Source: the human T2T-CHM13v2.0 reference genome, Homo sapiens
DNA: 64,000 bases
NCBI RefSeq assembly: GCF_009914755.1
Contig: NC_060929.1
Direction: 5' to 3' (one strand)
In this document: positions 1-12,492 of the stretch, piece by piece
Position numbering within the stretch: the stretch's first letter is position 1
Layout: every line of letters begins with the position of its first letter
Program-made: the position numbers and the translations under genes
Notes under the pieces: model-generated
Databases searched by the model: none
Told to the model about the DNA's origin: nothing
Seen by the model: only the letters and a program-made list of their open reading frames with translations

Positions 1-542
1 AGCCTGAGGTGAGCTGGAGTTTACAGCCCTGGCTGCAGGCATCCTGCCGGGTTGGACTGCCTTGCTTTTCAGAGTAGGGGGAATTGAATTATTATTGCAT
101 CAACTCCTCCGACACTCTGAGAACTATGGCCTCCCTCATTCCTTCCTCTGTGGCTTTTCTCTGCCCATAAATGAAAAGCAGATTGCCTCACTGGTGCTGG
201 ATGCTCAGAGCAGAACCGCATCCTAGGTGTGGAAGAGCAGAAATGTTTCTCACCATCTGTTTCTCGTTGACTTCAGTGGGGCCATGCTTAGACAATGGGG
301 CAGTATGCAGCCTGCATGGGGTGTGGCCCCACAGGGTGACCCCATGGCCTGCTGGCTGGCAGGCTGGGGAGTGGCCCTCCTCTGCCTTGAAGGCCAAGAG
401 GCTGGGGAGCTTGTGTTTCCTAGAGTGTGGGGGTGGTTTCCCCCTCATTTGGCCGTTTCTTCTTCCTTTTCTTTCTAGAAAGATGGATTTCAGCTGTTTT
501 CCCAAGACTCATAGTAACCTCCTAGTAAAGTCGATATTTACT

Positions 543-577
543 GTGTGTGTGTCTGTGTGTGTCTGCCTGTGTGTGTG
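543..577. repeat. Imperfect (TG)n microsatellite
   Basis: gtgtgtgtgtctgtgtgtgtctgcctgtgtgtgtg. Confidence 0.75.
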
Positions 578-2363
578 TTATGAACAGTGTAAATGTATTC
601 TACGTTTAATGCAGAAAACCTAGAAGAATGAAAAGAAGCAAAAAGTAACAGCCCCATTATCAAGATTTTTTTTTGATGTGTTCTGTCAGTGGTCTATTTT
701 TCTTGATTATTTTTTAGCATCATTAAAAAAAAATATCGGGACCTAATGCACGCTGCTGAGTTAGGCAGTATTCTAAGTACTTCGCAGGGGATAATTTCAG
801 GTTGCATATAGTACAACCCTATGAGTAAATAATTTCATTAACAGCATTTTTACAAATGAAGACACTGCAGTTAAGAGGGGCAGGAGCTCCGCTCAAGATC
901 ACCCAGGAAGGTGTGGTGGGACCAGGACTCAGGACTCAGTTGCAGGTTGGGTAACTCCAAATTTCACAGCTCATAACTACCTCCACCGTACACACTATAC
1001 ATGAAATGCAAGGCAGTTTGTGTCCTGTTTTTCACTAAGCAGTAGATGGGGACTATTCAACCAATAGTCCTGTACGCATGATTTTAACAGCTGCGTATAT
1101 CTCATTACATAGATTTAGCTGAACCTGTTTAGCCAATCCCCTGACTTTGGGTTGTTCCAAATGTTGTCATTATAATGCTGAGATGATCATTCAATACAGA
1201 TACCCTTAAGGCTATATCCATTGATTTGCCAGTAGTGGAATTTGAGCTAATAGACATGCATGATACTTTAAGAAGTTTTGAAAGATGAGGGAAATTGCCT
1301 TTAAGAAAAGTTTTACTCTTTGCAACACTAAGCATTATAATCTTTCATTTACGAAAATAGCAAAGAAGATTTTTTTAAATGCATGATTCCTTTTTATACC
1401 TTTCATTTTTTTTAGTGATCCAAATAGGAAACTTTTTCATTCATTGTCAATTTTAACTTAACCTTCTGTAAACTCAATGTTCATGCTCTTCACACAATGT
1501 AATTTATTAGGTAATTTATTTTTACGTTGATTTGCAAAAGCCTTTTACATTAAGGATGTTGATCCTTTGCCACCTGTGTTGCAAACATGTCTCTCGGTTT
1601 GTTATCTGCCTTCTTATCTTGCTTATGATGTTTTGTATTTTTGTGAAATAGAGGTTTAAAAATGCTATGCAGCTAATCTATCAATCTTTTTCTTGGTACT
1701 TTCTTCCTACAGTATTTTATTTTTTAAAGTTTTTTTTCTGTCTTACCTAAAATATTAAGTAAACCTTAGCATTAAATACAGATATTGTCCTATTGTTTAA
1801 AATTGAAGTTGCGGTTATTTTATTTTCTAGCACAACAATTACAGAAAGTATTTATATTCATTTTTGGTCATTTTTGTTTATTAATTTTTAAACCACAATC
1901 TTCTGAATATATACATCAAGAATAGCAGGTAAGAAATGAATGTACCACCCTGCTCCCTTTTTCCCCAGGTTGGGTGTCACTCACTGACCCCTGCATTCTC
2001 TCCCGCAGAGCTCAGAAGGGGCTCAGAATCTTGCTCAATACAGTAATCCTCAATGCCACAATCCTCAACACAGGTACTCCTACAAATTGAGACCCATAGG
2101 TCTCATCATCCTTTATGTTTAACAATCATTAAGAAAGACCTACACTGCGTAATAGCTTTGGTGGCCATCCGTCATTGCAGGTGATACTTCCTAAATTGTA
2201 GGGTGAAAGATATGGCATAAGAAATTAATTTCTTGGTCTTCTTATAAAATTTCAGAAGCCAAGGACAGCTTAGGGAAATACCAAAGGGCTAAGCATAAAA
2301 TCTCAGAATTCTCTGATAACACAGTCCAACTGGACTTTTGAATTTGGGATCTATGCTCCATAA

Positions 2364-2715
<352 letters not shown>

Positions 2716-3025
2716 TGTGTTCTTCAAGTTTATTACCTCAGTCACTAGTATAAGTCTATTTCAAGTCCTTGAATGTCTAAGAATGTCTGTCTGTTGCCTT
2801 CATAAGGCTGCAAAATTACTGGATCCTAACTTTCTTCCTTCAAAACTTTCTAAAGCCTGCTCTATACAGGGTGGCAAAGGACAAGTCTGAAGCCAACCAA
2901 TTTTGTAAACTTTGAAAGAGGTATTTTTTTTCCCTCAATGCTCATGACATGAAAACAAATTAGTCTTATAATTCAAATATGTTGCTAGAATGTGTTTTAG
3001 CCCCTGTGACACAGTGAGGCCTCTC

Positions 3026-3486
3026 TGTCAGGGATCCCCTAGGCCACAGGTCCATCGCTGTTTGGAAACCCACTAAAATGACTCACAAAACTCAGCTTAA
3101 AGTGTACTCAGCTTAAAGTGTACTCATAGCCAAGATTTATTACAGCAGTGTTGTAAGGATATATGAGTGGCTCATGAAGGGAAAAGGCACAGGCAGTCTG
3201 GAGGAATTCATGTGCAGGTTTCCTCATGCTCTCTCTCACCCATTAGGAGTCACGCACAGCTTACTCTTCACCAGTGAGAAAAATGAAACAACGTATGCAT
3301 GATGTATCTGTCTAGGGAAGCCCATCAGAGACCCATTACACAAGTTTTTTTTACTGGGGTCTGATCATGATCATGTAGGTCCTTCTGTCTAGCATGAACT
3401 AAAATTCCAAGAGAGCAGGTGTTTAGTAGCAGGCCTTTCTAAGTATTGCAGTCTTCAGGCCTGCTCGGTGAACTCTTTTCTAGACA
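3026..3486. mobile_element. ERV solo-LTR relic (MER21/MER77-like)
   Basis: TG...CA ends; gactcacaaaactcagc...tactcatagccaagatttattacagc...aagggaaaaggc resembles the recalled MER21-group consensus. Confidence 0.55.
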
Positions 3487-6384
3487 GCCCCCTTTAAATT
3501 TATTTTTTTTAGAATGCTATGGGCCATTTCGATTTGCATACTAAGGGCTGTTTTCTCTAATGATATCTTTGATTATTGCTTTCTTCCCACTTGAGTGGGT
3601 TTCTTTCTTCAGAAGTTCTGTAATTCTTGGATATAGCAGGACAGAGAAGGAGGACCGAATCATCCTGTCCTTCCTCATCATTTTCATCATTTTGCTCTTC
3701 TCCTTTGATCTCATTCTTGCCCTCCACATTACTGATTCACTTTTCTATGGTGTCAGCTCTGCTCCTTGTTGACTTAATTTTTTTTTTCAGATATTGCATT
3801 AAAAACATTTTTAATTGCAAACCTGAGTACTTTTTCAGAAGTTTCATGATTTTTTCCCCCCAGTCCCCACCCCTCCACCCCTCCTCAAATAGTGAAAGGT
3901 CTATCTAGACCCACTGATTTATAAAAGAGAAGTTTTAGGGGTTTGTACTTGTCACTGCCCTTGACATCTTGGGTGTCTATCAAAAGCCTTGTTAAATAAA
4001 CAGTTGAGCAGCCGATTGTGGTGTGCAGCTTCTAGTGCTGTTCTTAGTGACCACACGTTTTTGTTTACTGAACGTCTGTTAAACTGAAATCCATCTTCTT
4101 CTACCCCACCATGTAGCTCCTTGACATGATACAGAAATGGAATGTGTAGAAAGGGCAGTGCCCTGGCATGCCTCCCTCCAACGTTGCCATCGTGGGCTGT
4201 GGCTGCAGTGCCGTGCCCATGGGACTCTCCTCCTGGCTACTGTGGAACCCATAGTTCCTCCCTGTGCATCTCCAAGGCCATGAGGAGGGGGTCCCGTGCA
4301 GCCAGGGGGCCCCCCGGGAAAGCACCCGAGTTTTGCATGGCACAGCCCTGTGTTCCTGGTTATAGGGGCAGGTTCCCTGGCACACAGTGTGGGTGGCCCT
4401 GAAATGAGATTTTCAATCCAGCTTCTTGCCTGGCCTTAGGTTGAATCTTGATCTTAACTCACAGAATAACGTTTTTACTTTTTTCAACATCATCTTGGAT
4501 ATTTTCAGGAGAAGTTGGGAGCAGCTTGGTAGGAGGCTATTAACCAAGAATCATTTAAAAACTAAAGTCTTGAGGAAAATTCTAACTAAGGGGCCACGGG
4601 GGATCACAAAGAATAAAATGCTATAAGCAACCGAGGGAGTAGTCTCATTAGGGCGCTAAGACAGACACACATAGAAAATAACTAACAATACCAGACGGTG
4701 TATCACGAGGGTGCCCTGGGAGCGTGGTGGGCCGGGAATCAGGAACACCGGCTCCCCTTTCGTGACTCCAATACGGACTTGCTGTGTAACCTCAGATGAG
4801 GCAGAGCTCCCTTCTGGAACTCTCTTGCCTTGTTTACAAATGAGGGGATTGGTCTAGTTTCCAGTGTGCCTCCAGCTCCAACATTCATCATCTTTCTCAG
4901 CTGCTGTGATTCAGTGGGAACACTGCAGAAATGAGGGACTGGCTGACCTTGAGCTGAATGGTCAGCTCCAGGGGCCAAAGGAACAGAAACAGCAGATACT
5001 TCCCAGTGTCCCGCCTTTGTGCCAGGGAGAATCTCGTGTGCCCCCAGAGGGCTGCTGTCTCTTATGCCCCATTCCCACTTCTCCAGCTTGTCTCTGTTCG
5101 ATTTCCTCAGAGGAGCTGGCCCATACATTGTATAACTTTTCACTTTACAAACATTTGATCTACTCAAGTCATCTTGCCTCTGTGTATGTGTGCACCTAAT
5201 ATAGCAGAAAATGGATTTCAGGCTTCCTTTTAAAAGAAGTCAATTATCCCTCTTATGACTGATTCATAATTTAGCCATAAGGAGCTGGACGTTACTTCAT
5301 TCTGACAATGAGCCATGATCCCTTTGTTAGGCCAAGTTTAGACAAGGAATCTAAGGCACAAGTGAGTAACTCCTGATGCATCAGGGTGTGCAGAGACTCC
5401 TTGAGTTCCAGAGACCTTGAGGCCTAGTCTGGAGCCTCCAAGTGGATTTTTTTCTCTTCTGTTCAGAATTCCACATTCTCTACTGTCTGACATGTAGAGG
5501 TGAGTCAGCCTCATGGTAAAGAGCAGAGTGGCACCCTGCTGTTTGGCACGGCTGGTCTTAGGTGTGAACCCCCTTGGGGCAATAAAAGGAAGACCTGGGA
5601 CCTCAGGGACTCCTGTACTCTGTCCCTCCACACATGGGCACGGCTGGCTGCCTGTCGTCCCGAGTTCTCTAAAGGCAGGAGCCCCCCGATACCCTCTACT
5701 CTGTCCCAAGACATCTCCTTGCCGCAACCCAGGACAGGAGGGGCAGTTAGCTAACTTAGCAGATTATAAAATAGCGCCAAGACCAGATATTCTACTTGAT
5801 GCAAAATGCACTTGAGAGGCGTAAATAATTTAATTGGCTGTTGTCACGCAAACAGGATAATCACAAGTTCTCCCAAGTACTGGTTGTTCCAGCTCCCTCT
5901 CCTTTCAGGACAAATTGCTCACACTTATCCCACTCACATATACCAATACTTTAGGGAGAAAGAAGGGCAGGGAGAACTGCTTTCATAATTCCCAACTGTG
6001 AGGTGTTGCAAGAGGGGAACGTGTACAGGTCCCAAAGGATCTTTCTCTGTGGCTTTCTGGGACTTCACTGCCTGAACTCTTGTACCCAACAAAAAGATCA
6101 CATTCTTCTTTGTTTCCCCAGTACCAGTGCTAGTGCACAGCCTGACCATAGCATTTTCCACATTGTCTGGCATTTGCCTAGTGTCTATCTTTCCCTGGGT
6201 CTGAACTTCCAAAGGTTAAGAACCAGGGCTCATTATCATCTTGGACAGAACCTAAGCAGAGTGGATGCTCAGCAGTGATTTGTTGAACCAAATAAATAAG
6301 TCAGCCCAAGGCTTTGCTAAAGAGCTGAAAGGATGATATTCCTGAGAAGACAAGTCAATAAACGTAGCCTGTGTGCATTCAGTT

Positions 6385-6900
6385 TACATAATTGATAAAT
6401 ATTTATTGAGCATTTACTGTGTCAGGCATTCGTCTAGATACTGGGGATATAGCAGTGAACAACACCAGTGAGATTCCTACCCACAAGAGTTTAAATGTAG
6501 GGGGAGACAGACAATAAACACCTAACAAAACAAATCAAATAGTAGCAGTCATTAAGAGACTTAAGATAATAGAGAGTGATCGGGATCAGGAAAGACCTTT
6601 CTGTCTGCTTTAAAGTGAGATCTGAATAATGAAAAGGGGAGAGAGCACTGCAGATGGAGGAGATAGCTAGTGCAAAGGCCCAGAGGTGGAACTAAACTTT
6701 CTTGTTAAAGAAACAGGAATCCAGAGTGGCTGAAGAGCACAGAGTGGGAGTGGAGAGTGGGGACTGGGGAGTGGAGGGCTGAAGTGTAGGCTAGGGCCAG
6801 ATCACACGGGTTACTCTGACTGCATTGGGGAACCACTAAGGTACTTTGAGCTGGGCAGAGGAGGGTGGGACAAATCTGTTCATGGAGGCATTTTGAAAAG
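6385..6900 (-). mobile_element. L2 3' fragment
   Basis: aaatatttattgagcatttactgtgtcaggca...gcaaaggcccagagg matches the reverse complement of the L2 3' end; bounds approximate. Confidence 0.65.
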
Positions 6901-7129
6901 ACCTTTTGGTAAAACCAGGGTCCCATCCTTCATGTACAGGATGTACCTAATACATCCACTCTTGTCGTTTTCCAAGAGGCAGAGGAACCTCGCCTGCTTC
7001 ACCATCTGGTGCATGTTTGGACACATGGGGAGAGGTACTTCCTTGGCTGTGGGGCAGGGAGGAACAGAGTGGCTCCCATGAGGATAGAAGACACAAATTT
7101 GGTCTTGAAAGCGTTGAATTGTTCTTCAT

Positions 7130-7750
7130 TGGCCAGGGCTCTTTTAGTTGCAAGTGACAGAGGCATAATACAAACTAGCTAAAGTCAGAAAAAGAATTTG
7201 TTGGCTATCAAAACTGGTCGTTCCCAGGGCACAACTGGCATGGAGGGCTCAGTGTTGGCAGGATTGTCTCTGTCACTTGGTCTTTCCCACTCTGCTTCTC
7301 TGTTTCTGTAGATGTTATTCTCTTTTAGGAGGGCTTCCTCCCAAATATCTTTAGACACAGGAAGTGGCATCTCTGTCCTGGGCTCCATGCCTCTGGGGAC
7401 CCTGTGCTTTGGGGTAACTTCCTTGAAATTTTCTAAGCCCCTTGGATGCCTGGGACCAGCTGGAGCCATCATTGACAGCGAGGCAGGGTGCCCCAAACCT
7501 AGACCAGGACTCATATGGGCCCTGGTCCTCATGTCTCCCCAGTGGGACATCTGACTCTCTTTCACCTATGCTGGGTCAACCAGATATTCTGAGGAATTTT
7601 AGGAATCACATCCATGGGATTATCGAGGGACCCTGGGGCCAGGCCCCAGTTCCAGAAAGATGGTTTGGTGAATAGATCACTCTCACGAGGCAGTGTATTT
7701 CTTTCAGAGGATCCCATGAGATTGGGCCTCAAGAATGGTGCTGACAAGCT
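7130..7750. mobile_element. Degenerate MLT1-type MaLR LTR sequence
   Basis: agttgcaagtgacaga...aactagctaaagtcagaaaaagaatttgttggct motif; bounds uncertain. Confidence 0.45.
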
Positions 7751-8399
7751 GATTTGGAATCCTCTTACTTCCATCTGATCTGAGTTCAGAGCTCTAGGCT
7801 ATACTCGCCCTTGGGCTTCTACTGTGTGTGAAGGCCCAAGTGCCAGTCAATCCTGTTCATTCATGTTCTGATTATGGGGCACCAGAGGGTGGTGGAGGTG
7901 GTGGCCGGAGTCCTTTATCCTGTGTGCTTCCTGCTGCTGCAGCCAGGTAACCTCCCACACTGCTCCACAGGTCAGGATCTATACCATGTGGGCTGTGCCT
8001 GTTTCCTCCAAGAGTTTCCAGATCGTTGCTTCAAAGCACCAATGGGCCCTTCAAATTGATGTCCTCTCTTGCATATGATTGATGTGCTGGCTTCATGTCT
8101 TCTTGGGCTGGTTGTCATTCATGCCAAATCAAGGACAGAGGTTCCTTGTGCAGATCCAGATAATAATAGAGGTCAGGCCTCTGCCCACCGCTCCCACATG
8201 GGGAATGGCCCACGACCATCAGCATCTTTCTACCCTGCATTTTTATTTACCTCTCCTTCATCCATGATTGGATATATAACCCTTATACAGCCAGCACCAA
8301 GTGGTCCAGTTTCAAGGAGGTGCTATTCAAAGAAACACAGTCCATCCACCCTAATTAATTTCAAAATAACTCAAGTATTTTGCTCCTTGAAAATTATAT

Positions 8400-8880
8400 G
8401 GCTGGGTGTGGTGGCTCATGCCTGTAATCCCAGCACTTTGGGAGGCTGAGGCAGGCAGATTACTTGAGGCCAGGAGTTTGAGACCAGCCTGGCCAACATG
8501 GCGAAACCCCATCTCTACTAAAAATGCAAAAATTAGCCTGGCATGGTGGCGTGCACCTGTAGTCCCAGCTACTCGGGAGGCTGAAGCAGAAGAATCACTT
8601 GAATCCAGGAGGCGGAGGTTGCAGTGAGTCGAGATCATGCCACTGCACTTCAGCCTGGGAGACAGAGCGAGACTCCATCTCCAAAAAAAAAAAAAATTAG
8701 CTGGGCACGGTGGCGTGTGCTTGTAACCTCAGCTACTCGGAAGGCTGAGACATAAGAATCTCTTGAACCTGGGAGATGGAGGTTGCAGTGAGCCAAGATC
8801 TCTCTGTTGCACTCCAGACTGGGAGACAGAGAGACTCTGTCTCAAAAAAAAAAAAAAAAAAAAAAAAAAAAGAAAAGAAA
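8400..8880 (+). mobile_element. Alu (S-type) plus an extra right-arm monomer
   Basis: Dimeric Alu 8400-~8697 with A tail, then a second right arm ~8698-8843 with a long A tail. Confidence 0.92.
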
Positions 8881-9063
8881 GTTATATAAGGGATCTAAGT
8901 ACATGCTCCATGGGAATTCCATACATTCACCAGACAGTCCACAGCTGCTCCAGCCAGCTCTCTTCAAAGTTCTTACCCTTGCCAAAACTCTTCCTAAATC
9001 CACAGCTCTTATGGCTTTTCTTCTTTATTTCTATGCCTCCCTCCGAGGAATTAATTATCTAGA

Positions 9064-9410
9064 TTTGTGCTGTCTAATATGGTAGCCACTGCCATATGTG
9101 GCTAATTAAGCACTTGAAATATGGCTAGTTTGATTTGAGATGTGCTATAAGTGTAAAATGCACACTGGAGTTTGAAGACTTGGGATGAGAAAAAAAGAAA
9201 TATAAAATGTCTGACTAATGTTTTTCATATTGATTACATGTTAAAATGATAATGTTTTAAATATATTGGCTTCCATAGAAATATTTTTAAGATTAATTTG
9301 TACCTGTTTCTTTTTACTTTCGTAATATGGCTACTTATAAAATATGATTTTATATTTATAAAGTATAAAATTACATATGTAGCTCAGGTTGTATTTCTAC
9401 TGGACAGCCA
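9064..9410 (-). mobile_element. MER33-like hAT-Charlie DNA transposon
   Basis: tgtgctgtctaatatggtagccac...gtatttctactggacagc; terminal inverted GCTGTC/GACAGC. Confidence 0.75.
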
Positions 9411-11166
9411 TGGATCAGATCAATTAAGACTACCTAGAAGTCTTCACGTTTTTCTCCTTGCTCTGTGGTTCTTCTTTGCCCTGATATCTTGATTTAAAAA
9501 CACAAAATCTCCTATTACTGGTCTGGCAGAAATGAAACTCTTCTTAGATAGGATGTCAAAGAGCAAAGACCCTAGAAACAAATGCATTCATCATTTTTGT
9601 CCCATCACACAGATGTTAACTTGCATTTGGATTCAAATTGACATTTTAGGAAATAACTAGATTCACAGTCTGTGGAAATTGCCATCATAACTCTTTACCA
9701 TATAGAAACAACATCAAATGGAGGAAGAGGAATAAATTTTTTTTTCCTGAAACTCTAACAAATTCACATTTTAGTCTAGAGTTTAAATTATTTCATTCAT
9801 GAGGGAGCTTCTCTCTAACTTCTGTTCTTTCCAGGCTCTGTCACAATCCCATGCTACTTAGTAGACACAACTCGAGTAAGGCAATTAGCTCCTTTGATTT
9901 AAAACTGGCAAGAAACATTTTCCTATTTCATTTTCTGCACTTGGATAAATGTCCAGTTCCCAATCCATCATCACCAACAACTTAAGATTCCACCATTTAG
10001 TTCCCGCTTCAAGGAGACTGTCCTGAACCATGAAAGCAAAGCTGCCATGACTCACACTTCACATAAAACATGTCTGGATGTTTGGGAAAACAGCCAAAAG
10101 CACTTAATATAACCTTACGATAGGAGATATAAGGTAGTTGGGAATACAATAGGAGGATTCGTTTTAAGCTTTGAAATACTTTTTATCTGATAATCTTTTA
10201 AGTCTTTTTTGGATTAAAAAGCAATGCACATTGACAGCTGACAGGAAAAGAATTTCAATATCTAAGTGTTCACATATGTGAAAAAAATTGAATGTGGACT
10301 GAAAGCACGCATTTGAAATAAATCATGGCTAATGGACAAAAGAGGATCTTTTGCCTGGTAATTATTTTCCCTAGATTAATAAGGGAACAATTTAATCTGG
10401 GTGGTTGTAGTAAAAGATTTAAAAGCTAACTACTTATTGTTGTCAGCCTGTGGTTTTGAAAATCAGAAAAGAACTTGAAAAATGGTTTCCTAGAATCTCT
10501 AAGGAATAGGGGAGAGGGGGAAGGCTCTCTCAGGTATATGATATTTTCTTCCTATGATACCATATTTTTTTGCATATGAAGAACACACATATACAATTTT
10601 AGAATTTGTTAATATTTGCTGTAGTTTTATGTGTTTAATATTTCAGACAATTGCTTGTTCATGTTACTTGAGGAAGAGGAAGTAGAATGTTGTGCAATTA
10701 AATGGAATCTCAAGAATTAACGCTGATATTTAGTAAGCCACTTCCTCTTACCCTAAGTGTCTAATTCATGCATTTCTCTATAAACGGCAAAACTGCAGAT
10801 CTCATCAAAAATTTTGTACTCAAAATATGAATCTCTGAGTTCTTAGTTAACTTTAAGGTGTCATTTTCTTAAACATCTGTTGAGACAAGAGGCAGATCAG
10901 AATTTAGATATTCCACAACTGTTTTATTCTATGAAGAGATGCATGTACAGACATGAGCAAACAAAAGTTTCTTGGTGTTTGGTCTAGAAGGTTCTATTTT
11001 TTTCTCCTCTGAGCTGAAGTTCCTGTGTAGAGTGAGACCTCATAGTAGAGTGGAAGTTGGAAACATTTGTGGAGATACAGGCACTTAAGCAAAAATCAGA
11101 GAAGAGCTGCAACTTCTACTGGCTCTGACCTGAGGCCAGCTGTACACATCACAAAACCCCAGGGTA

Positions 11167-12492
11167 ATGTCCTCTAGCTCCAACCATGTTGTTGCATATG
11201 ACAGGACCTCATTCTTTTTATGGCTGAATAATATTCCTCTGCATATGTACCACATTTTCTTTATTCATTTACCCACTGAGGGACATTTGGGTTGATTCCA
11301 TATCCTGGCTATTGTGAGTAGTGCTTCAATAAACATGAGATTGCAGATATCTCTTCAATATACTGATTTCCTATCTTTTGGAATTATTTCCAGCAGTGGG
11401 ATTGCTGGATTGAATGGTAGCTCTATTATTAGTTTTCTGAGGATTGTTCTATATAGCGGTTGTACTCATTTACATTTCCACCAACAGTGTATGAGGGTTC
11501 TCCTTTCTCCACATCCTGACCAGCACTTGTTATTATTGCCTGTCTTTTGGATGAAAGCCATTTTAACTGGGGTGAGATGATATCTCATTGTAGTTTTGAT
11601 TTGCATCTCTCTAATGATTAGTGATGTTGAGCATTTTTTTCACAAACCTGTTGGCCATTCGTATGTTTTCTTTTGAGAAATATCTATTCAGATCTTTTCC
11701 TCATGTTTTAATTGGATTATTTGATTTTTTCCTATTGAGTTGTTTGAGCTTCTTATATATTCCAGTTATTAATCCCTTGTCAGGTGGGTAGTTTGCAAAT
11801 ATTTTTCCCATTATGTGGGTTGTCCTTTTGCTTGTTATTTTTTCTTTTGCTCTGCAGAGGCTTTTTAGCTTGATATGATCCCATTTGTCCATTTTTGATT
11901 AGGTTTCCTGTGCTTTCGAGGTCTTACTCAAGAAATCTTTGCCCATACCAATGTCCTGAAGAGTTTCCCAAATGTTTTCTTTTAGTAGTTTCATAGTTTC
12001 AGGTTTAGATTTAAGTCTTGAGATAAGGGTCTGGTTTCGTTAAGTGGAATAAGCCAGGCACAGAAGGACACATTTTTCACATGTTCTCACTCATATGTAA
12101 GAATTAAAATTTTTAAAAAATTGATCTCATGGAGATACAGATGATTACCAGAGGTAAGGAAGAGCAGCAGGAATGGGGGGGTAAAGTGGGGATGGTTACT
12201 GGGTACAAAAATGCAGTTAGATAGCATGAATAAGATCTAGTGTTCAGTAGCACGACAGGGAGACTGTAGTTAACAATGATTTATTGTGTATGTTTAAATA
12301 ACTAAATGAGTGGAATTGAAATGTTCCTAACACAAAGAAATGATGAAAACTTGAGGTAACGGATACTACAATTATCCCAATTTGATCATTACACATTGTA
12401 TGCCCTGTATCCAAACATCAGATGTACCCCATAAATACACACAACTATTCTGTATCCATAACAAATAAAAACAAAACAAAAATGACCCCAAA
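11167..12492. mobile_element. 5'-truncated, 5'-inverted L1 (L1MA-class)
   Basis: 11167-~12038 is antisense L1 ORF2 3' sequence (ORF MDKWDHIKLKSLC... at 11701-11892). ~12039-12492 is sense 3' end with an A-rich tail. Flanked by a TSD. Confidence 0.88.

Noticed and set aside
11701-11892. L1 ORF2-like peptide MDKWDHIKLKSLC...
   Set aside because: Frameshifted fragment of a dead, truncated L1, not a gene.
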